Assembly (NCBI GenBank): GCA_028711065.1
Contig: JAQTSY010000003.1
Coordinates: forward strand, 1,136-65,135
Direction: 5' to 3'
Source of the DNA: Minisyncoccota bacterium
GTDB taxonomy: Bacteria > Patescibacteriota > Minisyncoccia > Phycocordibacterales > JAQTLZ01
DNA: 64,000 nt
Shown: piece by piece, positions 49,123 to 58,740 of the stretch
Layout: every line of letters starts with the position of its first letter
How positions within the stretch are numbered: the first letter of the stretch is position 1
The notes under the pieces: generated by a model
The model's input: only the letters and a program-made list of their open reading frames with translations
Told to the model about the DNA's origin: nothing
Databases searched by the model: none
Translations under genes and position numbers: made by a program

Positions 49123-50877
49123 CTAGAGAGTTTCTTTCTTCATCGGACACCATTCGCAATCTTTGTCGTCGCACGTATCTGTCAGAAATTTTCCGGACCA
49201 GACACTTTCGATGAGTGATTGGATTTCGTCTTTGACTCGTTTTTCATCTGCCGAGGTGATCGGGAGTGTTATCGTTGGACACCTACCCTTTGAGTCGGGT
49301 TTTATAAAAACAAGAGCCGGCTCTATACTTTTATTTTTATATTTTGTATTCCCCCCGAGCAAAATTTTGTAGAAAATGAGTTGGCGGAAATATCCCCCGT
49401 CGTCGCTTTTTGTTTCTCCTTTTATAGCATTCACACTCATTCCTTCCTTCGTTTTATAGTCATATACGAGCGTCTTATCCTGCCCATCCACTACGACGTC
49501 CAATTTGCCATGGAGCTTCAAAATGACCTCATTTCCGCCATATTTGCCCTCGTATGAGGCCTCTACCCACGTCTCGGTCAATACCTTACCTTCTGAATTA
49601 AGCAGCGAAATAAGGGCTTTTGCCACTTTAGGAGCATCTGCGAGAAGTGTCTCAACAGCGCCCTCTTTTTCAAACATCGGAAGAAGTGAGCGGTCAAAAT
49701 AGGCCTTCACGGTACTCTCAATCGTCGCCACAATACCCTCTTCGCTCTTATTGTCTTGGTGCCACACATACGAAAGCGCTTCATGCATAGCGTTTCCTTT
49801 TTCCGATGCCACACTTGGCGCTTCCGGCACTTTCAAAATACTTTTATATAAAAATTGGCTCGGGCAAGTCAGAAAATGATTGAGTGCGGTCACCGAAAGC
49901 CCCGATTCGGTCAAAACATTTTTTGCATACTCAATAATCTCCATTTTCTGCTTTTCTTCCCCCCCACTAGCAAGAACGGTTCTTGCTAGTGGGTTTCCAA
50001 ACAGAGCCGGTAGATCGGTCTGCGAAATAGATTTGGCGTCGAGCTCGGAAATAAATCGAAGCGGAGTAAATTCTTTTTTCAAAGCGTCTTGGAGCGGAGC
50101 AATTATCGAAGCGTGTTTTTTCGCCCGTGTGAGTGCTACATAGAAAAGTCGGCGGGCATCTCGCACTTCGTCTTCATCTCCTTTTTCTCGGGGCAAGATA
50201 AACGAGCTTCCGTGTCCGCGGGAGAGCCACGCTTCGTCTGTGGCATACGGCAAAAAGACATAATCAAACTCGAGCCCTTTGGAGCCGTGAGCCGTCATCA
50301 CCCGCACCTGCGAATCCGGCCGGCCCACTGTTATCTTTACGCTTTTCGTCTCCGCTGATTGCCGGTATGCCAGAAGTTCTTCGATTAAAACGCTCGGTGA
50401 TTGAATACTTTTTTCTTCCGCAATATCACTCGCGAGTGCAACAATCGTTCGCCAGACTTCCGCAGAAAGAGGATTTCTTTCCGCGAGCGTTTCAAATCCA
50501 GAAAGTTTCGCCGCGAGAACTAGGAAGTTTATCGCTCCGTCTTTGGTTATTTCTTTTTGGAGCTTCGCAATGGCGGGAATTTCGCTCCGCGAAATTCCCG
50601 CAAAGTCCCCTGCTCGTATCAAACGAATAAGTGCAGTCTTGCGAGCAAAATCAAGATTCCACAACCCCCCAGCAACAGTCCGAGCCAGTGCCTCCACATT
50701 CCCCGGATTCGCCAGGTATTCAATCAAATCAAAATAGAGCGCCCCGACAGGATGCGAAAAAATATCCGCTCCGCGTTCCGCCGAAGCCGGTATTCCATTT
50801 TGCTCGAGCAAAGCAAGTACCCGCTCCACATCCCGATTCCGTCGGACAATTATTGCGATAGTTGGTTTCTCTTTCAC
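49123..50877 (-). CDS. UvrD/PcrA-like helicase C-terminal half (motifs IV-VI) fused to a PD-(D/E)XK / Cas4-AddB-like nuclease with a Cys cluster. Fragment of a split gene, GTG start.
   Basis: VMTAHGSKGLEFDYVFLP (motif V/VI), C-terminal CEWCPMK. Begins exactly where the N-terminal fragment ends. Confidence 0.7.
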   Translation of the reverse strand: MKEKPTIAIIVRRNRDVERVLALLEQNGIPASAERGADIFSHPVGALYFDLIEYLANPGNVEALARTVAGGLWNLDFARKTALIRLIRAGDFAGISRSEIPAIAKLQKEITKDGAINFLVLAAKLSGFETLAERNPLSAEVWRTIVALASDIAEEKSIQSPSVLIEELLAYRQSAETKSVKITVGRPDSQVRVMTAHGSKGLEFDYVFLPYATDEAWLSRGHGSSFILPREKGDEDEVRDARRLFYVALTRAKKHASIIAPLQDALKKEFTPLRFISELDAKSISQTDLPALFGNPLARTVLASGGEEKQKMEIIEYAKNVLTESGLSVTALNHFLTCPSQFLYKSILKVPEAPSVASEKGNAMHEALSYVWHQDNKSEEGIVATIESTVKAYFDRSLLPMFEKEGAVETLLADAPKVAKALISLLNSEGKVLTETWVEASYEGKYGGNEVILKLHGKLDVVVDGQDKTLVYDYKTKEGMSVNAIKGETKSDDGGYFRQLIFYKILLGGNTKYKNKSIEPALVFIKPDSKGRCPTITLPITSADEKRVKDEIQSLIESVWSGKFLTDTCDDKDCEWCPMKKETL

Positions 50878-50881
50878 ACCT

Positions 50882-51772
50882 TCATTCTAGCAAATTTCCA
50901 CACAAGGAAACCAATCGTTCAAAATAAGTTTTAGCTAGTTCTTTTTTATCTTCCGGCAGTTTATCAATAGCTGCAGAAAGTTTTTCTTTGTCAAAATAAA
51001 TACTTGGATAAAATTCGTGATTTCTTTTAAGCCACGCGGGATTGAGTTCAAGATATTTGACAACTCCGTCTTTCAAAGAAAAATTCTGTCCGGCAGAATC
51101 TATGTTTAATCCACTTGCCTTTGCCAGACTTACAAACGTTTTCACCTCTGGTTTTTTTGATATTTCTTCTTGTAACAATCTTTCACTCTCGTCCCCCTCG
51201 GCAGTAAGCTCCTCTTGAAAATACTTCTTGTGTAAAGTTTGGAGCTTATCATGCGTTTCATCTGTTGAGACCCTGTCTGCTTTTAAGTAACCAGTGCGGT
51301 CATGCCAAGTTGCAAATGGATCATCTCCCCTTTCATTTGCGGCTAGATGTATTTCTGGAATATTTTCAGGGAATAAAAGGTGTGCAATTTTGTTGAGATA
51401 AAAAGCACTCTTTATTTGTTCATTTGTAAGCGGCATCTTGAATTCAGCATGAATTCTTTTCTCAGGATTTTCTGAATCAGCATATACTTTTTTGAAGTAT
51501 CCTTCGCCAATTGGTTCGCCGTGTTCCATAATAAGAAAAGTATACACCAACATAATCACTTGTTCACCCCCCTCCCCCAACCTGCTATAATCAGGATATA
51601 TGGGAAACTCGAGCGGAAAAAACATTGCCGGTGGTGTGGTGCATAGCATGCCGGCGGATTTGCGAAAGGCCATTGCCTCTGACAAAGCGGCACTTTCACT
51701 CTGGCAGGATATTACGCCGCTTGTGAGAAGTGGGTGAGTTGATGGGTAGGGACCCATCGACGCAAGACTCAT
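50882..51772 (-). CDS. Hypothetical protein inside the helicase insertion. Glycine-rich loop IGEGYFKKVY (kinase-like?). The start is probably an internal Met.
   Basis: ORF only. AT-rich like the host. Stop codon 4 nt before the helicase C-fragment start. Confidence 0.35.
   Translation of the reverse strand: MSLASMGPYPSTHPLLTSGVISCQSESAALSEAMAFRKSAGMLCTTPPAMFFPLEFPIYPDYSRLGEGGEQVIMLVYTFLIMEHGEPIGEGYFKKVYADSENPEKRIHAEFKMPLTNEQIKSAFYLNKIAHLLFPENIPEIHLAANERGDDPFATWHDRTGYLKADRVSTDETHDKLQTLHKKYFQEELTAEGDESERLLQEEISKKPEVKTFVSLAKASGLNIDSAGQNFSLKDGVVKYLELNPAWLKRNHEFYPSIYFDKEKLSAAIDKLPEDKKELAKTYFERLVSLCGNLLE
51733..51769. repeat. Hairpin-repeat copy 1 (ggtgagttGATGGGTagggACCCATCgacgcaagac). It is the inverted partner of 53781..53816, and a partial direct copy lies at 51814..51830.
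   Basis: 36 of 38 nt match the reverse complement of copy 2. Confidence 0.45.
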
Positions 51773-52152
51773 TGAGGGCTTTTATGAGCGAAGCAAAATA
51801 AAAGACCCAATGAGTGGATAGTGTCTGTAAGACAGGGACCCACTTCGCAAGGCCGGAGCCTGACGAGGCGAGGCAGGGCTGAAAGATTTTTCAGCAGAAA
51901 AATACTTTTGGCCGCAATGAGTGGATTTGCTGGGTCATCTCCGGCAAAAAGACGGAGACGCGAGACATCCGCAGGAAGAATGCCCTCTCAAAAATGAGAG
52001 GCGGAATGCGCCGCCCGTGTTGTTGGGTGGGCTGTACTCATCGGACGGATAAATCAATGAGTCGTTCCCAAAAATTCGTAGTTGGTAGAGGCAAATAAAA
52101 AACTGGGACAACGTTCGCACGTCATCCCAGAATGTTCTCCGTCAGAATAAAT

Positions 52153-52506
52153 TCACCCAGTAGTCTCTGAGTGGAAGCAATAGATGTGCCTCCCAGAATC
52201 AATCCGCCGCCTTTCAGCCTGCCATTCTTCGAAACGTGCCTTGTCGAGGCTAGCTCTTATCGCGAACAGGCACCGGAGCCGTGATTCTAACTCGGCCCGC
52301 ACAATGTCATCGGGGCGACGTACGAACTCGCCACGTGTATCCCCGGGTTGTGGGTCGTAGACCTTATCTTCAGGAAGAAGAGGCATTTTCACCGCACCCG
52401 CATCCGCCTCCGCCATCAACGCTGCAATCTCCTCTTTCGAGAGGTTTCTCTGGAATCTTTGAGGCATTGTCTTGCTCCTTTCTAAAATGACCTCGTCAGA
52501 CCACAC
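52153..52506 (-). CDS. Small GC-rich hypothetical protein (about 104 aa from the ATG with an AAAGGAG ribosome-binding site) inside the helicase insertion.
   Basis: ORF with a good Shine-Dalgarno sequence. GC about 58%. Confidence 0.35.
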   Translation of the reverse strand: MWSDEVILERSKTMPQRFQRNLSKEEIAALMAEADAGAVKMPLLPEDKVYDPQPGDTRGEFVRRPDDIVRAELESRLRCLFAIRASLDKARFEEWQAERRRIDSGRHIYCFHSETTG

Positions 52507-52513
52507 ACTAGCT

Positions 52514-53734
52514 CTAATTTTTCAAAATGTCTACTATTTCCTCCACCAAATACTTGTCGGCGGCTTCAGTATTCCCCGCCATGACCACCTCAACAGGCTT
52601 CGGCTTGTCTCCGTTTTCGGCAGAGAGTTTGATACGCAAATTTTTATGCTCCCCTTCGGCATAGTTATTCTCAATCATCGCAAAACTGGCGTCTAAAATG
52701 CTCTGATGCGAGCGGTAGTTGCCGGTGAGCGAAATGACCTTCATCCCCTTCCAGAGATTTTGAAAACGCAAAAAGTTCTCGACGGACGCGCCCTGGAAAC
52801 GGAAAATAGCCTGCTTCTCATCCCCCACCACGAAGAGATTGGGATTGTCGAAAAAGTCGGCGATAGCACGAATGAGCATATTTTGCGAATCATTGGTGTC
52901 CTGATGCTCGTCAACGAGAATGTAGAGAAATTTCTCCTGGAGCATTTGCAGAAGAAGCTTGTCGGTGCGCAGTGCTGTGAGAAGCTCGATGATGAGGTCG
53001 TCAAAATCCATTTTTCGGTCGGCGCGTTTCTTTTCTTCGTAGGCGAGATAGGCATCGGCAAAGATAATCGTGCGCTCGCATTTTTCAATTCGCTTCAATG
53101 CATCGCCTTTGAGCTGCCCTTTTGTCGGCCCGCGAGTGGAGAGAGATGCTTCATCCTGCTTCACCCGCTCGATTTCTTCAGTGGCAAAAGTCCGCACGAT
53201 TTCCGGCGTCCAAGCTTCTTTTTTGGAATCGCGGATTGCGCCGAGAATTTTGCCAACATAGAAATCCGGCTCGCCGGCAGGGCGGAGCTTCCCAAATTTC
53301 TTATCGCGCAAAATGGTGCGGACGAGGGTTTCCGATTCAATATCAGTGATTTGTTTGGTGCGGGAGAGATGCGGAAAATGATCCGGGAATTCGGCAATTA
53401 CAGAGCCAGCAAAGCCGTGATAGGTATGTACTCGCACCTCCTCTGCGCGCGCTCCGATGAGCGCGCGCAGTCTCCGCTTCATCTCTTTGGCCCCAGCTTC
53501 AGTGAAAGTCAAACACAAAATCCCGCTCGCAGGCGTGTCAGTCTTAAGCAAAATATTCCCAATCCGCAAAGCCAAAATCTGAGTCTTCCCCGTCCCCGGC
53601 CCCGCAATGACCATAACCGGGCCATCGATCGAGTCGACCGCGAGTTTCTGTTGTTTATTTAATTTTTTGTACTCTGCTTCGAATGTCGTCATTTTATTAT
53701 CAATGGTATCCACTTCCTTACAGGAACTGTACAC
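52514..53734 (-). CDS. UvrD/PcrA-like helicase N-terminal half (motifs I-III), fragment.
   Basis: AGPGTGKTQ (Walker A), DEHQDTN (motif II). Confidence 0.7.
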   Translation of the reverse strand: MYSSCKEVDTIDNKMTTFEAEYKKLNKQQKLAVDSIDGPVMVIAGPGTGKTQILALRIGNILLKTDTPASGILCLTFTEAGAKEMKRRLRALIGARAEEVRVHTYHGFAGSVIAEFPDHFPHLSRTKQITDIESETLVRTILRDKKFGKLRPAGEPDFYVGKILGAIRDSKKEAWTPEIVRTFATEEIERVKQDEASLSTRGPTKGQLKGDALKRIEKCERTIIFADAYLAYEEKKRADRKMDFDDLIIELLTALRTDKLLLQMLQEKFLYILVDEHQDTNDSQNMLIRAIADFFDNPNLFVVGDEKQAIFRFQGASVENFLRFQNLWKGMKVISLTGNYRSHQSILDASFAMIENNYAEGEHKNLRIKLSAENGDKPKPVEVVMAGNTEAADKYLVEEIVDILKN

Positions 53735-53780
53735 CTTTTGGACATTTTCTTTGTGATTACACTCGAAACTGTCTCAAAAG

Positions 53781-53816
53781 GTCTTGCGCCGATGGGTCCC
53801 TACCCATCAGCTCACC
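53781..53816. repeat. Hairpin-repeat copy 2 (inverted orientation), immediately upstream of the helicase N-fragment start.
   Basis: Reverse-complement match to 51733..51769. Confidence 0.45.
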
Positions 53817-53900
53817 TCCCCTGCTTTGGATTGAGTTTCTTATATTCCTCCTCGAATTTCATGCCCCAATTGTAGCATTGAAATCACGCTGAAGAAAAAA

Positions 53901-54704
53901 TTATCGGAAATTTGAAAAAGGGTCAACATCATCTCGCCGAGAGTGTTGCATCCTACCTTCTTCAAATATAATCTGCGCCAACTTACTTTTTAAGATCGAT
54001 AGATCGCCATTCTCAATGTCCTTTAGAAACGCTTCAATCTTGTCATAGCTGACAAAATCCACCAAAAAAGTTTTAGACACGTTTTCTTTCGGAGCTAATG
54101 TGTACGTGTAATCAAATTCCAGCTGGAAATTGTTTCGGATCTCTGAAAATTTCCTATCATCTCCCTCCTTCTTGAAAAAATTATCAAAACTCTTTGTAAC
54201 CACCACGGGAAGGTTATAGATGTAGTGAGTTTTTTCACGATAATTTTTCTCATAATAGATCAAAGAATGCACGCTCTGTGTCAAAGCATCATATATGTCA
54301 TCCCGTGTTGCACCCTTCCATGTTTTGGCGACATCCAAGCCTTTTAAATAATGGTTAGCGCGTAAATCAACATAGTCATCGTGCTTTAATATGGAATTAT
54401 CTTTCGCGAGAGTCTTTGCTTTTTCGGAGTTCTTTGTCACAAAATAAAACAAAGTCTCATTTTTTATATACTTACACTCTATAAAAAGTCTTATTAGTAT
54501 AGTTTTGCTTCCTCCCCAAAAGTCATCTTTTACGATAAATTCTTTTCTGGCAATGATATCTATTTCTCTAGATTTACCTGTTAGAACATCCATATAGTAT
54601 GAGGAGATTTGACATGCCCAACCAATGGATGTCAATAATCCAGCAGTATCATGCAAAAGCTCGTCTCCTCCTTCTTCGATGATTTTCAATATTTTTTCTG
54701 ACAT
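53901..54704 (-). CDS. Hypothetical protein with a PD-(D/E)XK-like motif (EIDII...IECKY). Candidate nuclease or defence gene divergent from the MTase.
   Basis: Weak motif only; no family recognised. Confidence 0.3.
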   Translation of the reverse strand: MSEKILKIIEEGGDELLHDTAGLLTSIGWACQISSYYMDVLTGKSREIDIIARKEFIVKDDFWGGSKTILIRLFIECKYIKNETLFYFVTKNSEKAKTLAKDNSILKHDDYVDLRANHYLKGLDVAKTWKGATRDDIYDALTQSVHSLIYYEKNYREKTHYIYNLPVVVTKSFDNFFKKEGDDRKFSEIRNNFQLEFDYTYTLAPKENVSKTFLVDFVSYDKIEAFLKDIENGDLSILKSKLAQIIFEEGRMQHSRRDDVDPFSNFR

Positions 54705-54808
54705 AAAGTGTTTGAATTCTACCCTTTTAAACTATCTTTTGCTAGAAAAAGAGTTAGCTGTGGATAAAACCTATAGAATCCAAAAAGGTATCATACTATA
54801 ATATATAC

Positions 54809-55897
54809 ATGCCTAGTGAACAGATCTTCAAAGCTGTATATTTTCCTGACTACAAAGAAGTAAACCCCAAAGCAAAAGGTTTTATTCTTGCTTTTGGCGA
54901 AAGAAATAAAGATCTCTATAAAAATATCTCAAGTTTTGGAAGCAATGAACTGCGGGAACTTCTGGGAACAAATTCTTATCTTGAATTGGAGCAACGGGCA
55001 CAACAGGAAGGATTACCTGTGAATACATATTGTCTTTGGTATTTGCGTAAAAATCTGGAGACGGTAGATAAAAGAAGCTGGCGAAATAAAACCAAAAAAA
55101 CGTTCGTTGATTTCGAAAACAAGGTTATCAAGGGTGATTGCCTTGATGTGATGGCGGATATACCCTCAAAATCGATCGACATGGTCTTGTGCGATCTTCC
55201 TTATGGAACAACACAAAACCACTGGGATAGTGTTATCCCTCTGGATAAATTATGGGGGCATTACAATCGAATCGTGAAAGATGATGGTGTCGTCGCGCTA
55301 ACAGGACAAGGGCTTTTTACAGCAAACTTGATGTTATCGAATCCTCAATCGTTCAAGTATAAAATAACCTGGGTAAAGTCAAAACCGACTAATTTCTTAA
55401 ACGCGAAAAAGCAACCACTCCGTAAACACGAAGACATTTGCATTTTTTATCGTGCTCAACCGAGATATACTCCGCAAATGACTTACGGAGAGCCTTATAA
55501 TAAAGGTTTCAGAAAAGATCAACTCACAGGAAGCTACGGCGATTTCAAAACTGTTGAAGTTAAAAGCAATGGTGAACGATACCCAACTGATGTCGTATAC
55601 TTCAAAACGGCAGAAAGTGAGGGCGAGGTATTCCATCCTACACAGAAACCAGTCGAGCTAGGACGCTATCTTATTCGCACTTACACAAACAAAGGAGACG
55701 TTGTTTTAGATAATACATGTGGAAGTGGAAGTTTTCTCGTATCAGCAGTTCTAGAGGGAAGAAAATTCATCGGTATCGAAAAAAATGAAGACATCTACCT
55801 CCACAGAAAAGAACAGACTGATTACATTGAAGTTTGCAAAAAGAGAATTAGACAAGCTCAAATGGAGTATAAAGCAAAAGCAGGTAAACTTCTTTAG
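54809..55897 (+). CDS. Type II DNA methyltransferase, beta-class amino-MTase (N6-adenine or N4-cytosine), with an about 100-aa N-terminal extension.
   Basis: Motif IV DLPYG precedes motif I VLDNTCGSGSF. Confidence 0.8.
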   Translation: MPSEQIFKAVYFPDYKEVNPKAKGFILAFGERNKDLYKNISSFGSNELRELLGTNSYLELEQRAQQEGLPVNTYCLWYLRKNLETVDKRSWRNKTKKTFVDFENKVIKGDCLDVMADIPSKSIDMVLCDLPYGTTQNHWDSVIPLDKLWGHYNRIVKDDGVVALTGQGLFTANLMLSNPQSFKYKITWVKSKPTNFLNAKKQPLRKHEDICIFYRAQPRYTPQMTYGEPYNKGFRKDQLTGSYGDFKTVEVKSNGERYPTDVVYFKTAESEGEVFHPTQKPVELGRYLIRTYTNKGDVVLDNTCGSGSFLVSAVLEGRKFIGIEKNEDIYLHRKEQTDYIEVCKKRIRQAQMEYKAKAGKLL

Positions 55898-56811
55898 ATT
55901 CCTGTGTATGGTTCTTCTTGGAGAACATTCCGCGCTTTTTCGATTTCAGCTTCAGTAACAATTCCCTTTTCTTTCAAATATTTAAGAAGGTGAAAATATT
56001 GATTTGCGTGTAAAATAGGTTTTACAATTTTTTGCAAATTTAATTCTTTTTGAACCAGAGAAAGATGTTTTTCAGAAAGAACACCGCGCCCTATTAGATC
56101 GTAAGTGATTCGTAAAGCATCAACTGCTGTCAAATTCAAATCACCGCTGTGTGTTTTGTCCTGTTCAATATCCGAAGGTTCAATGCTTAAAAGATCGTTT
56201 ATTTCATTAAATCCATTCAGATTTCGATTGTAATATTCTATTTCTTGTCCTCGATAAGTGAACCATGTTCTTCCTTGTTCAGTGAGAGAGCCTCGCGGTA
56301 AATAAACACCTTCGTGTATTACTCGTTCTTTTGATGCCCAACCGCAGATATAAAGTATCCATTTCCTTTGTCTTGTTGTACCAGGAAGATCCCTCTTGCT
56401 CGGAGTTTCCAGATGAGTCATCACATAAATATCAGCGTCCAGCCTTTCATCATACATCTGCCGGGCAAAGAAATTATGCTTTGCTTCCCTTACAATACCA
56501 TCACTGCTTTCGTATTCCTCTTTGAATGGTAAAGCCCCGCCGCGACACTTTACATCAACCTTTATCCCAGAGGGAAGTAAAATGTCATACCCGAGAGGAT
56601 GATCCTCAGGTTTGATTTCTGGCATACCCAACTTATTTCGTATAACTATCTCCGCAAGCGCGCCAAACCCCTGCTCTTCTGAACTACCCCGTTCTGCACC
56701 GGTACTATTTTTATTTGCTGCTAAGTAATCGGCAGCTTTTTGTCTTAGTTGGAAACCTAACTCGTCTGCGAGTTTCAAGACTATGGGTTTGGGGTGAAAA
56801 TATTTATACAT
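55894..56811 (-). CDS. Candidate type II restriction endonuclease (PD-(D/E)XK). Convergent with the MTase, with a 4-nt overlap.
   Basis: E...GYDILLPSGIKVDVKCRG (D...DVK signature). Confidence 0.45.
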   Translation of the reverse strand: MYKYFHPKPIVLKLADELGFQLRQKAADYLAANKNSTGAERGSSEEQGFGALAEIVIRNKLGMPEIKPEDHPLGYDILLPSGIKVDVKCRGGALPFKEEYESSDGIVREAKHNFFARQMYDERLDADIYVMTHLETPSKRDLPGTTRQRKWILYICGWASKERVIHEGVYLPRGSLTEQGRTWFTYRGQEIEYYNRNLNGFNEINDLLSIEPSDIEQDKTHSGDLNLTAVDALRITYDLIGRGVLSEKHLSLVQKELNLQKIVKPILHANQYFHLLKYLKEKGIVTEAEIEKARNVLQEEPYTGI

Positions 56812-56905
56812 AACGGAAAATATGTACTCAAAGCATAGCTCAAATCAACACTATTCACAATAATGCGAAAAAACTAAACTCTTGAGATTCTTTTTACAAA
56901 AAATA

Positions 56906-58210
56906 TTAATGCACCAAACCTAAATAAGGAATGTCGATGTGTTTTCTATCCGTCTCACCCCAGAAAAGGGTGAGGCGGCGCGCGGGCTTACTAGCCCGCG
57001 CGCCTTGATGCTGATTTTCATTCATTGCTCGCGCGGAGGAGCCGAGGTAGACGGTGTGTTTGCCAAACTTGTGGTTGAGGTTGTCGATTGCTTGAAAAAT
57101 TTTTACCGAGGCTTCGATGCCAGCACTCTTGCCGAAAAGGTCGAGGGTGGCGGCCTGCGGGTCGATGAGAGAAAAAAGGGTGATGCCGGAGGCCCGGTAG
57201 CGCTCGCGGGGATTAAACACTTGGTCGAAATACTGGCCGACAGCGTCGATGATTTCAAGTGGCGAGGAGGTGGCGAGCGGGAGCTTCAACTCGAGGCCAG
57301 CGTAGCGGAAGTCGTGAGTTTTGAGGAAGAAGGAGATTTGGCGCGCCGCCACGGAGTGGCGGCGCGCCTTGATACACGCATTCTCGATATTTTTAGAAAG
57401 CTGGGAGAAAACAAAACTTTTGTCCGACGTCGCTGGCGTAAACGTCCTCGACCTTATAATCGAGCCGATTTCGTCGACAGGCGTCGTCACGAGCTTCTTC
57501 ACATACTCGCCGTGAAGCTCGTACCAAATCTCTTTGTAGGGTTTCGAAATGCGGTAGCGCTCCAGCCACTCCAAGGGCTTGCGTGCAAAATCGAGCGCGC
57601 TCACAATCCCCAATTTTTGCAAATACAGCGAGGTTTGTCCGCCAATCCCCCAAATTTTCCCCACAGGCAAATCTTTCAAAAAGAGATGAATGTTTCTCGC
57701 CGGAATGACGGTAAAGCCGGCGGGCTTTTTGTGCTTGGAGCCGATTTTCGCCACTACCTTGTTGGGACCGAGCCCCACGCCAAAGGTCACCCCCAGCCTC
57801 TTTTCCAGATCATTTTTTATCATGAGGGCGATAGCATCATAGGGCATTTTGTAATGCATGCGGAGCCCCGTAATATCGGCAAAACATTCATCAATGCTGT
57901 ATTCCTCCACATCCGGCGTATATTCCCGCACAATGTTGTACATCCTGCGGGCAAAGATAGAATAGCTTTCATAGTCGGATGGCAAGATGATTGCCTCCGG
58001 ACAGACTTTCTTTATCTCCTGTATGGTCATGCCCCGCGTCACCCCGCGAGCTTTGGCTTCATAGCTAAGCGAGGCGGCAATATTGCGCTCGCCACCGGTA
58101 ATGACGGGCTTGCCACGGAGCTTGTAGTTGAGCATCTGCTCGACAGAAGCGAAAAAAGCATCACCATCGAAGTGGACGATCGCACGAGGGAACGAGCGGA
58201 GGGAGAGCAT
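56906..58210 (-). CDS. dinB: Y-family DNA polymerase (DinB/UmuC-like). GC-rich.
   Basis: IVHFDGDAFFASVEQ N-terminal motif; 434 aa. Confidence 0.8.
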   Translation of the reverse strand: MLSLRSFPRAIVHFDGDAFFASVEQMLNYKLRGKPVITGGERNIAASLSYEAKARGVTRGMTIQEIKKVCPEAIILPSDYESYSIFARRMYNIVREYTPDVEEYSIDECFADITGLRMHYKMPYDAIALMIKNDLEKRLGVTFGVGLGPNKVVAKIGSKHKKPAGFTVIPARNIHLFLKDLPVGKIWGIGGQTSLYLQKLGIVSALDFARKPLEWLERYRISKPYKEIWYELHGEYVKKLVTTPVDEIGSIIRSRTFTPATSDKSFVFSQLSKNIENACIKARRHSVAARQISFFLKTHDFRYAGLELKLPLATSSPLEIIDAVGQYFDQVFNPRERYRASGITLFSLIDPQAATLDLFGKSAGIEASVKIFQAIDNLNHKFGKHTVYLGSSARAMNENQHQGARASKPARRLTLFWGETDRKHIDIPYLGLVH

Positions 58211-58290
58211 GATAGATATTTATAAGGTTGACAACTGCGAACAATTTGCTAGTATAAGGGTACAAATGGCCTTCGGGCTCGGTCTACCGC

Positions 58291-58325
58291 AAGGTAGATC
58301 AGAAAATGCAAAACCGCGATTAAAG
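58291..58325 (-). terminator. Hairpin aaaaccgcgattaaagg-a-aacctttaatcgcggtttt overlapping the stop codon of the pemK-like gene.
   Basis: 17-bp stem plus T-tract on the minus strand. Confidence 0.6.
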
Positions 58326-58715
58326 GAAACCTTTAATCGCGGTTTTGATTTCTGTAAATGATTTATCGTCTGCTACACCAAGCTTGTCTATAAAACGCTT
58401 CGTATCGATGAGGCGGACTTGGGAAATAATCGCCATGCGCATAGTTTCATCACCGACAGAACACGGCACATAATACTTATTATTCTTTTTGATTTTGGTC
58501 GTAAGCGGGACAACCAACACGACAAATTTGTTGAATTTCTTCAGTATCAAAACCGGGCGGCGAAATTCTTCGCCCTTGCCATCTTGTTCAAATCCAATGT
58601 TCACCCCAAGTGCCGCCCACCAGACCTCCTTTTCACGAAAAAAGATCGAGTCAATGTCCTCTCGTTCATTTAACACTTCTTTCTTCTTATGCCACTTGCC
58701 GTACTCTTTTTTCAT
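58320..58715 (-). CDS. PemK/MazF-family endoribonuclease toxin-like protein. No adjacent antitoxin gene.
   Basis: KEVWWAALGVNIGFEQDGKGEEFRRPVLILKKFNKFVVLVVPLTT aligns with Kid/PemK (GEIWLVSLDPTAGHEQQGTRPVLIV...VVVPVTS), and the C-terminal Q.R.ID.KR also aligns. Confidence 0.6.
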   Translation of the reverse strand: MKKEYGKWHKKKEVLNEREDIDSIFFREKEVWWAALGVNIGFEQDGKGEEFRRPVLILKKFNKFVVLVVPLTTKIKKNNKYYVPCSVGDETMRMAIISQVRLIDTKRFIDKLGVADDKSFTEIKTAIKGFL

Positions 58716-58740
58716 ATAGTTATTTAATAAATAGTAATTT

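Larger units (their letters stand above)
50878..52513 (-). other. 1.6 kb insertion separating the two helicase fragments. It carries two ORFs, a GC-rich ~570-bp non-coding core and repeated hairpin motifs.
   Basis: The N-terminal fragment stops with TAG at 52514. The C-terminal fragment resumes with GTG at 50877, three codons after an in-frame stop. Confidence 0.55.

Noticed and set aside
50878-52513. Intein or programmed frameshift as the explanation for the split helicase.
   Set aside because: The fragments are separated by 1.6 kb containing stop codons in all frames and independent ORFs, which is not an in-frame intein. A spliced intron remains possible but no group I/II core motif was recognised by eye.
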